Origin: Takakia lepidozioides
Lineage: Eukaryota; Plantae; Bryophyta
Length of the DNA: 64,000 nt
NCBI GenBank assembly: GCA_030704615.1
Contig: CM060731.1
Span: forward strand, 91,822,001-91,886,000
Reading direction: 5' to 3'
The translations under genes were made by a program, and so were the position numbers. Positions 37,701-47,339 of this stretch are shown piece by piece. Position 1 is the stretch's first letter; each line of letters opens with the position of its first letter. The notes beneath the pieces were generated by a model, which did no database searches, was not told the origin of the DNA, and saw only the letters and a program-made list of their open reading frames with translations.

Positions 37701-38346
37701 GAAGGCATGTAACCGATTTAATTGCGAACTTGCTGTAGTCCAGCCCGGCCAGCTCCGACCGGTGTCCCTCCAGGTGAAGCCCTCGCAGAATTTCTAGAAT
37801 AGATCGAACTGCGGTGCTCGTGCTAGGAATATGACTCCCTCCTCCACTGACGTCCATTGAGGACTTGCCTGATCTCCTGGACGACCTCGGAACTTCCATG
37901 ACCTCGTCTGAGTCGGACAGGTTGTGAACAACCCGGTTCTCGGTCGTCTTCATGGATGGGTTCGGCTCTGGATTTACTTCGTTGCGGACTTCTCTCTTTG
38001 AGGTACCCACTCTCTGATTCGCGGATTGTTTCGTGGAAGGCGCCAGGATAGACGGTGCATTTGGCGGGCAAATGAAGTCCCCAACAGCCCTGTATATGAC
38101 GCTGTCCGATGGTGGAACTCGCCATTCCCTGCCATCGCCGAAATCATCGTGGAGCACAACAATACTCTCGACAACAAGGCCGTTTGAGTCCTTCCTTTCC
38201 TCCTCCAAAAAAACCGACCCCGGTTTCAGGTGGTATCGAACGCACAGATATTTCTCCATCACCCGGCAGGTGTCCCCTCTGCACGGAAATGAAGCTCTAT
38301 GCTCGTGAGGAGGGCAGTACACTGTAGCGCTCGGGTTTTCCGCCAT
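34754..38346 (-). CDS. MULE-superfamily transposase, ~1168 aa, two exons (38346-36259, 36172-34754)
   Basis: GCM/WRKY-like DBD (CAGALRCFSPTC...CAHC...IHVGSHCH), VMFDHIKR, FMADNAQA, SCGFHF (CxxH), TTNMAESVH, SWIM CNCTDF...PCKHLYYIY. GT-AG phase-0 intron 36258-36173. No stops. Confidence 0.92.
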
Positions 38347-38649
38347 GGGAGATGTGCACACAAGACTGCCAGGATGGCGTGCGGGGAAGCTCCCTGGTAG
38401 AAGGGGGTGCAGCGATGGGAATGAATGTGATGCCGATTTGTCCGAGCGACGAAGCCTGATCCAAATCCAGGGAGCCAACTATCTCAAAAATCCACAGTCA
38501 GAGTGTTAATGAACCTTGTCTCCGGAATGCGGCCCCTGGTCTTTGCGCAATAACTGCCAACGGTATGCAGTCAGAAAGTGGGGGGCCGTCCGGATGATGA
38601 CGGCTGAAGGGGAGAAGCCGGCACCGTGCCCTCACATTACTACCCCCGA

Positions 38650-39830
38650 ATGGAAATTCGGCACCCAATATCCAACAGAGGAAGCCCGGATGAAGTCGCC
38701 TCGGGCGCAGAGGCCGGAGTGTGTGCGACAGAGAACATCCCCTGGATGGAGATTCGGCGCCGAATTTCCATCCGGGCCCCCCAAAGGGAGTCGCGTCGGG
38801 GGGTCAGGCCGAAAACTGGACGGCATAAAAACATCCCCAGATGGAAAAACGGCGCCGAATTTCCATCCGGGGCGGTTCGGATGCAGTCGGGGAGGGGGGG
38901 GTGGCCTGCAGTTGGCCGTCACATTTCAACCCCCGGACGGAAATTCGGCACCGAATATCGAACAGGGGACGCCCGGATGAAGTCGCCTCGGGCGCAGAGG
39001 CCGGCGAGTGTGCGACAGAGAACATCCCATGGACGGAGATTCGGCGCCGAATTTCCATCCGGGCCCCCCCAAAGGAAGTCTTGTCGGGGGGTCAGACCGA
39101 AAACTGGCCGACATAAAAACTTCCACAGATGGGAAAACGGCGCCGAATTTGCATCCTGCAGGTAAGTGGAATCCCGGATGGATGGAAATTCGGCGCCGAA
39201 TTTCCATCCAGCAGGTAGGTGGAATCCCGGATGGATGGAGATTCGGCGCCGAATTTCCATCCAGCAGGTAAGTGGAATCTCGGGTGGATGGAGATTCGGC
39301 GCCGAATTTCCATCCTGCAGGTAATTCGAATACCGGATGAATGGAAATTCGGCGCCGAATTTCCATCAAGCACGTAAGCCGAATCCCGCATAAATGGAAA
39401 TTCGGCGCCGAATTTCCATCCAGCAGGTAAGTCGGATGGGTGCCGTATGGATATTCGGCGCCGAATTTCCATTCGACATGTATTTCTGAGCGTGGAATTA
39501 CCTTCGTGCATGTAATTCCCAGATGAGAATTACCTTTGTGCAGGTAATTTCCAGATGAGAATTACCTTCGTGCAGGTAATTTCCAGATGAGAATTACCTT
39601 CCTCCAGGTAATTCCAATCGATGTGAATCGATGGAAATTTCGGCGCCGGATTTCCATCCGCGCGCTTCCGAATTACCTGCATGAGGGAAATTTCCACCGC
39701 CGCCCTACCTCCGCGGATGGAAATTCGGCGCAGGATATCCATCCTGCTGCGCTCCGAATTACCTGCAGGATGGAAATCCGGCGCCGGAATTCCATCGTGC
39801 AGCGCTCCGAATTACCTCTACGTTGGAAAT
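38650..39830. repeat. Array of palindrome GGAAATTCGGCGCCGAATTTCC between divergent genes
   Basis: About 15 copies. ~290-bp duplication at 38650-39150, ~59-bp periodic run at 39130-39480 (32-bp perfect palindrome at 39179-39210), ~31-bp gaattacc..ggtaatt units at 39495-39615. Confidence 0.95.
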
Positions 39831-40046
39831 TCCGGGACTGTTTACGTCGATTTTCATCCGACATGGAGGGCTTCATCCGACATTTAATTGCGCAGTTGGG
39901 CAATAAATGTCGACGGCCGTCGGTTATTATTTGGGCTGGCGACACATGGCTTCCTGGACACGTACCCTAAATCTCATTCTAAACTTGGCTTAACATGGTA
40001 TTCCAGGCATGTACCCCAAAAAAGGAGATCTTTTTGGCTGGGACTT

Positions 40047-43000
40047 ATGCCGCCTGAAGGGCGTGGCTCTCCTGAGAGAGACCTCACATCCAGACCGCGG
40101 CGGAAGTTGAAAGCTCTGTACTACGGACAACGGCCAATCTCTCGCATGGCCAAACTGAAGCTCCAGCAGGAGATTCCAATGTCTTGCTCACAACCTGCGC
40201 CAACTGAAGCCGAGTACTCTCAGGCAAGCCACTTCTGCTTTCGGTTTGTTCGATTTATTTTTTGCTTTCGCTTTGTTTTTGCATCTTCATCCTGGCTTTG
40301 CTGTATGAGTGAACTTTAGATAGTTGAGTGAACCTTAGATTGTTTGCAATGCGTGTGCAAATCCGACAGCTCTGGAGAAGGCTGCTTGTGCATGTCATTC
40401 TTAGGCAATGGTTGCATTTGTTTTCATTGTTGTTGCATGGCTCTCCATACTTCCTAAACTTGTTATGTTTTCATTTTTGCTACATGATTGTTGCTATGGT
40501 GGTTGCGCTGCTCGTTGCGATGCTGCTTTTTGCACCGATGTTGGTTTTCACGATTTTTGTCAATGACAGAGTGACGACGAGCCCGGCACGCTGGTGGTAT
40601 CATCGACAGCTCCAACTCATCGCATGTTTGAATCGCCCAACTTGGGGCGAGAGGGCAAACTTAAACCTTTTGTTGGTGGACGGGAGGACTTGCAACGAGA
40701 TTACGACAGAGTAGGCATTGGGGAGGTTGGTGCAGGCGGCATGGCAGGTGAAGGGCGTGAGGACATGAGGACAGCAGATCCGGCAATGGAGGTTGTTCAT
40801 GCACATGCAGTAGGGCCCGCCCACGCAAAGAAAAAGAAGAAAGCTAAGCACATGCAATCCCCGGCGAGAGAGCAGTCACGGGCTGCGGAGGGGGGAGTGA
40901 GCAGTGCGCGCGAGGGTTTCAGTTCGCCTCAATCAAAGGTGGTCGTCCTGGAGGGCTCCCCTGCTGCTAGCCCTAGTAAGAAACAGAAAGCCCGTGAGAG
41001 GGCAAAAGAGAGGGCAAAAGAACAGACGAGACAGAATGCTAGCTAGGAGGAAAGACAAAAGGCAGCTGAAGAGGCCAGGGGTGCCCAAATGACAGATGCC
41101 AATGTAAGCGAGGGACCCACAGAGACGGTGGATCCCTACAAGACACCACAGAGAGGCAGTAGCACACCGGTTAGACCATCGCGGGCAAGAGCAGCCCCCG
41201 CAATTACCCATACGGTGGAGAGTGGAGGAGAGGAAAGAACACCTGAAAGAGCACGGATTGTGCAAGTTCGAGGTGAAGCCAGGGAGAGGGCAGTAGAGAC
41301 GACCAGAGTGCTGGAGGTTGTTTCGCAGGTGGCTGACCCTGTTGAGGAGGACGACATGGAGGTTTCTGACCAGGATGACATCCTCCCGGACATCCCCAGG
41401 CCCCAAACCCGGAGCATACAGGCTGGATTTGGCGGTCCTGGTGGGCTGCCGGAAAACCCCTCTGCAGCAGACGTCATGTCTGAGGCGGATATGAAGTTGG
41501 CCGCTGCCAAGATGTTGGAGGCAACCCACAGCAACATTGGCAGGGTGCTGGGGGGCATGGTGTACCCGGCCAAGCTTCGAATTCCCCTTTGCCGCTTGGT
41601 GTCATTGCAGGTGGTGAGACCTGCCCTGCCAGGCGATATCGACAAGCTGAAATTCTCTTTCCGGGATGGATATCGAATGGGGTCTGCCGCCTTTTACGTT
41701 TCCATTGAGAACGACCACGGAGCTTCCCGTGCCCACACTTCCGATGAGGTGGACAAATGGGGTCCCCATTGGCAAACGCGAAATGAGGAGTTCGAGAGAT
41801 CGATTGCTAGTGATCCTCTTTTCCAGCACATGTCCGGTAAGATGTTCTACGTGTGGGACGGCAATCATCGCCTCCTGGCATGGATGGAGCACATTGCCCA
41901 AGCCCACCCCAACGATCTCGATTGGCATTTCGCCGTCGATTGTGTTGTGCTGAAGGTTGCGGGGCCCAAAGATCGCAGTCTTCTCAAAGCTGCAATGGCC
42001 GACATCAACTCGTAAGCTACAACCCCTCTCGCTTTTGGACTTTGAATTTGGAAGTCATTTCATTGCGAATCCTCATATATGATGAAAATTCCCATTTCAG
42101 TATTGTTTGATGGAAATGTGGCACTGCAGGGTGACTGAGAATGCCTTCATTGCCACGAACTTGTCCCATATGCTCTTCCGAGTGAAGGATGTCGGGAAGC
42201 AGGGGATGCAAGAGTTTGCCAATTCCCTCAGTGCCGACCTCCTGCGCAAGTCGGAGGCAAAGGCAGACAGAACCTGGTATAGGCTGAGCGTCGACGCCAT
42301 GGTGGACTACATATTTCGGGTAAAGCTCCTCACAGTTTTGTTGAGCTAATTTGTCTCTCCTCCCCCAATAGAAGAAATTGTGTTGAGCAGGATCTCTAAT
42401 CTTATGTGCGCCTTTTCGACAGACGAAAATACAGCAGGATTTGGCACATGCGCGGAGGTTCTACATGGAGTCAGAGGAGAAGAATCCAACCCTCCCGGAA
42501 CTCGAATCGTATGTCAAAGCTGCGGAGGTGAGGGCCCGCATAAAGTACAAGTCGCGGATGGTAAAGTACATGGCCATAGCTGATCCCGCCCTTGGTGCCG
42601 ACTTTCTGGTGGAGGTGGGGAAGCACTACTCTCGCGCTCTGAAGCCCACGATGACATTGGAGAAGCTCCATCGTCTAGCCACATCCTGTGTGGATGCAAC
42701 AGAAAAGGTGATACATTCTTAACCAAATTGTGGTGGCAACAACTCCTTTTTGTGGTGTTTGGCGCTTACGAATATGCTGGGTGGTTGGACAGACCCGGTG
42801 GCTCCAAATCTGGAATGGTTCCCAAAGTACCAGGGACATGTGGAGCTTCCCCAAACCGGACAAACTCTCTGACCCCACATTCGACATGTGGATGAACCGC
42901 ATGACATGGTGGTTTCAGGTACTTCCCCACGCTTCGTTTGGGGCTTGTACTCTAGTAGGGGGTGGATTCATTGTATTTTTTGAGGAAAGCGATCTGATGG

Positions 43001-45999
43001 ACAATCTCCACAGGTGACGACGAATGCGCAAGAGCAGCTGGACACACAAGCACATCAGTTCAAGATGGAGATATCTCCTGCAGCAGAGAGCCTACGTGAC
43101 TATGTGACGAGGTACTTTCTGCTCTACAAAATCAACCTATTCTTTCGGGAGATAGCAGATGCTCGCCGGAGCCACGAGTTCACCGACCAGCCGAACGCGG
43201 ACAAAGCAGCAATGCGCCTTCTGTACAGGTACATACGCGCTGCCTTTCTTTCAAGTCCTGGCATTGCAGGATGTTAGAGGCCTCAAGTGGTGTTAGGGAA
43301 AATGGCGCCGAATTTCCAGTCAGGGCTCCGAAAATGGCTAAGTCCCTAGACTGGCTGGCCCGGAACTGGAAATTCGGCGCCATTTTCCAGTTCCAGGCCC
43401 TATTGCCGTTCAGGGACTTACCCATTTTCGGCCCAAGTCCCTAGACTGGCTGGCCCTGAAGTGGAAATTCGGCGCCATATTCCAGTTCTAGGCCCTATTG
43501 CCGTCGAGGGACTTAGCCATTTTCGGGCTAAGTCCCTAGACTGGGTGGCCCTGAAGTGGAAATTCGGCGCCATATTCCAGTTGTAGGCCCTATTGCCGTT
43601 CAGAGACTTAGCCATTTTCGGACCTCATTGTGTTTTTCATGAATGCAGGTACTGTAAGTTCTCGCTTTTGGAGAAAGGTCATCTGTCTTTCGAGCCACCA
43701 TTCTTCCTGGCATGGAGGAACCCTGGAGGTGACTCCATGTACACTGACGATATTGTGAAGGAGTGGCATCTGGAACATTTGCGTGATTGCCCTTGGTATG
43801 TGGACCTTCCGCCCGGCTCGCTCGACCCATCCGAGTTTCAATTGAAGCTGGATGCTGAATTCCGACGAAACCGGGCTCCGCTGCCTCCGTTGGGTGCAAA
43901 AGAGGCAAAAGCGCTTGCGAACTCCAGGAAAGCGGCAGAGCTTGCTCAGGCAGGAATTCAGGAGAAATTGCATGAGAAGAGTAAAGGTCAAAGGAAAAGG
44001 ACAAGGAAACAGGTGACTGCAGTAACACCCAAAAAGAAGAAAACCATCGGGGCATCGGAGGAGGTGCAGGAGGGGACCCAAGAGAGTGACTCCGACGCCG
44101 ATTTTGTTCAAGGTCCTGCGACTGCTGTTGCTCCTACCCAGTCACCGGTCGTCCGGGTTCCCAAGTCAGTTCGGAGTGGGACTGGCTCTGCCAAGAAGTT
44201 GGCATTTGAGGGCGAGCCTACACGGCGGTATTCGGCGGTGACGTTTACGCACAGGCCAAAGCTAGAACCTCCAACCATCATCCAATGCGTCAATGAGAGC
44301 TTCCTTGACGCTCTCGCTGCCAGGGCGAAGAAGGTGGCACACAACAAGTCTCTGGCGGAGTAGAAGGGGAAAGCCAAGAAGAGGGCTGCCGGTACAGAGC
44401 CTAAAGACACCCCTGGTTTTGAAGCCATGATGGAATTCTTCACGGCTGTGAGCACGAATTGCAAGAGCACTCGGGGGGGGGGGTTGAGGTGGAGAGAGCT
44501 TGCGACATGATTCTCCTCGACATTCCAGATGGGGAGCTGCTGGAGGGCCTGGATGGTGTGCCCACCTGGAACAGGTTTACTGAGGACTACTGGAAAGCCG
44601 GGTTTGGGCTGGCGGGGATGCTTCTGGATGACGGTGGATGTGTGGTTGTCCTTGCCACGAGAGGGAAGACCACAGAGAATGCGGTGGCAAGGTGGACACC
44701 GAAAAGTGTCACCCCGGTCCTCCTCAGAAAATGGTTCTGCATCAGTACGCAGGGGTTGCGAACAGAGGGCCAAAGTGTAAGTTATCAATCTATTGCATTC
44801 ACTTCATATTGTGGTGTATGTTAAGTAGACCCTGGAATTGATCCCTTCTTTGTTGGATGTGCAGACATTGGTGTTTGAGGCATATTGCTTTGTGAAGAGA
44901 GGGTCTACGTTCAAATTCCGCAACGACGGTCGTCTTGTTGATGCCGCTGTGGACCCTGTAACCTACGATGTCCTCTACAACTATGTGCCCCACTCTAGTA
45001 TGCCGAAGGACACAAAGACAGGCAAACCGTGGCGGTACAGCCGGACCCAGAGCCCTGCTTTCATCCAAACCCTCATGGAGACGTGCTCGGATGTCCAAGG
45101 GCGGATTCTGGACCTCACATGCGGCACGGGTAAGCCTTCACGTGCTCAGTTTGTCCCCTGGCCCCATTGCAATTGCATGCCGCAAGCTATTAACCGCCCG
45201 CTTTGTTCCTCAGGTGCTTCAATGTGGGCAGGGACGTTGTCCGACAGGCATGTGTTCGCCTTCGAGCCAGATACTGCCCTCCACAACTCGGAACTTGCAG
45301 CGGCTGAACGTCTGCCGAAAGAGGAAGAGGCATCCTCGGAGGATGAGGAAAAATCCGAGAAGGAGCAGGGGGAGGAAGTTGGGATCGAGGCCGAGGAGCC
45401 CCCGGTTTACGAGTGAGTGGTGGCATTGTAAGTTGCCTCCAGATTTTGTGAGGCACCTCCCTCCGCTCTCTTATTTCATTGAAAACCCTTTTGGTTGTGC
45501 TGGTATTGACATTCTTCAAGTGGATTTGTTCTTACTGTAGGATGCCAAGTACTGCCGGAGGGACGTCTACACCGGAGTTCATGGGCAGGAGGAACGTGCC
45601 TTTTTTTGCCAGGGGGATTTCATGCCTAGTCCAGAAAGGGAGTACATCCTTCCTACTTATGCTGCCCGGCTTGCTTCGGTGTCCATTAGGAGGTGTTCCG
45701 AACGTAGTCGTGTACAGCAGATTTTAGACGAGGCAAGCCTCAAGAAAATGAAGATGAGGGAGGAGGCAGCAGCTATTAGAGCCCGTCGAGCTCGTAGATT
45801 TGTGTTGGATTCTGCTGAGGAAAGTGGGGGAGAAGACGCAGAAGATTCCCAGGAGGTGAGGTGGACAGTCCCCCAAGGAGAGGACGGGATTTTTGAGAGG
45901 CATAGTGGAACTGATGCATCACAGAGCTCGGAGGATGAGGGGGATGAGGGGGATGAGGAAGAAGGTGGGGCAAGTTCCTCGGAGGGTGTAGGAGAGTAG
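40047..45999 (+). pseudogene. ParB/Srx-like domain plus beta-class amino-DNA-methyltransferase fusion, ~1495 aa, 10 exons, 2 stops and 2 homopolymer frameshifts
   Basis: Exons 40047-40223 (GC donor), 40570-42011, 42130-42319, 42423-42707, 42793-42918, 43014-43228, 43649-44776, 44865-45129, 45214-45412, 45541-45999 join in phase. ParB: IPLCRL..VRP..DIDKLKFSF..FYVWDGNHRLLAW. MTase: CDMILLDIPDG, MLLDDGGCVVVL, TQSPAFIQTLMETCSDVQGRILDLTCGTGASMWAG..RHVFAFEPD. Confidence 0.85.
43295..43625. repeat. Intronic array of GGAAATTCGGCGCCA motifs (~95-bp units with inverted gggacttagcc/ggctaagtccc)
   Basis: Inside intron 43229-43648 of the ParB-MTase gene. Four GGCGCC-centred motifs. Confidence 0.9.
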
Positions 46000-46244
46000 T
46001 GCCCATTCCGGCTATGACAGTTAGAACACACTTGTATAGACGTGGCTTGCCACAAAATTTGCAATAAAATGTTGCATTTCAAGTCCACTGGTGCCACATT
46101 CCAACTTCACATGACCCTATTTCCGTGCCTCCTAACCCTATTTCCGTGGACTCACAATGGTCTGCTCATGTTTTTTTTTTTTCCGCTCATGCTCATGCCG
46201 CTCATGCTCATGCCGCTCATGAAATAGCAGCCCCCGAACCAATG

Positions 46245-46486
46245 TAGTATGGGACGAGCGAAGCGATGGGCATGAGAGCTTTTGTGGTCATACGTCGGTA
46301 TACTGTGAGGGGATGCACATGTTTGTGATGACATGTACTAGTAGGACTATTAGGGCTGACAGCGAGCTATTTGCATCATACGAGTTCTCCCGGGATGATT
46401 GGGACCTCCGATTACAGCGTGAGTGTGATGTGTATGATAGAAATAGGGTTCATTTGAGACAGGGATCGCGTAGAGGGGCATTGTAG
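46245..46486 (+). pseudogene. SET-domain gene, 3' part
   Basis: Removing 33994-46244 restores the frame: HPRRTN|VVWDERSDG...MFVMTCTSRTIRADSELFASYEF...*, containing the SET C-terminal I.x.x.x.ELxxxY motif. Confidence 0.8.
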
Positions 46487-47339
46487 ATATTCTCATGATG
46501 TACTTTGTATACATTCGATTAATCGATTGATGAACATACTTATGCACATGTGGACCAAATATGAGCTTGAACCAAGTTGATTCAATGGGTCATTCTAGTG
46601 TTGAACGCAGCTACGTGTTGTAGAGACGAAAAATTGCATTTCGCCTGCACATGATTTTTTTTTAATTCCATTTTAAGGCCATATGCTTAATGATAGCATA
46701 TTCAATGTGCGTGCAAAATTTGGGAGTAAACAAAAGTCATTTGGACCCAGAACCATATTTTGTTCTCTCAAAGTTGAGTTATCTTCAACTTTATGCATTC
46801 TTCATAGAGAGTTATGCAAAAGTGACCCCTAAAGCCGAAAATAGAGCCAAAAATAAAATCAATGCGCCCCTCAAAACCGCAATCATATATTTTCTAAATG
46901 CAAATATTTGTTTTAAATTCATTTAAATTCCATTTAATTCAAAATTGGTGCAAGGGTGAGTGCGTCGTTGGGGAGACAAATGTTTTTTTATTTTTTTTAT
47001 TTTTTTAGCTGGAGCTTTGCATAGGTGTTGTACACATATTTAAGCACATGTAAGAAAAAATGAAGCTTGAGCCACATCCGTTTGATGGGTACAATGGCAT
47101 GAGATGATTTTCTTTCACATTAATAAACAAAAATTGGTTGATAGGGTGAACGCGTCCTTGGGGGGGCAAATGATTTTGTTTGGGTTTGAAACTTTGCATG
47201 CGTGACGTTGCGCACATACATGTAATTATTGAATGACATATTTGATGCATGCACACATTGAAGGTTGTTGTTTGCATTTCGTTTATAATAAGTTGTATGG
47301 TTGCAGTGACACATTATAATATATGTCCGTATGTTCATT

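Larger units (their letters stand above)
33994..46235. mobile_element. Complete Mutator-like element B (12,242 bp) carrying a ParB-MTase gene
   Basis: 9-bp TSD GAACCAATG at 33985-33993 and 46236-46244. TIRs GAGGTTTGCTATTTCATGAGC... / ...GCTCATGAAATAGCAGCCCCC with CATGAG(CGG) subrepeats. DDE-SWIM transposase inside. Confidence 0.95.

Noticed and set aside
38650-39830. CRISPR-like array (palindromic repeats with ~30-bp spacers; also 1825-2545)
   Set aside because: Spacers are related to each other or irregular in length, there are no cas genes, and the context is an intron-containing eukaryotic TE.
41089-45416. Bacterial or phage contamination because of ParB and MTase domains
   Set aside because: The gene has nine in-phase spliceosomal introns, several shared with the paralog, and lies inside a TSD-flanked element.
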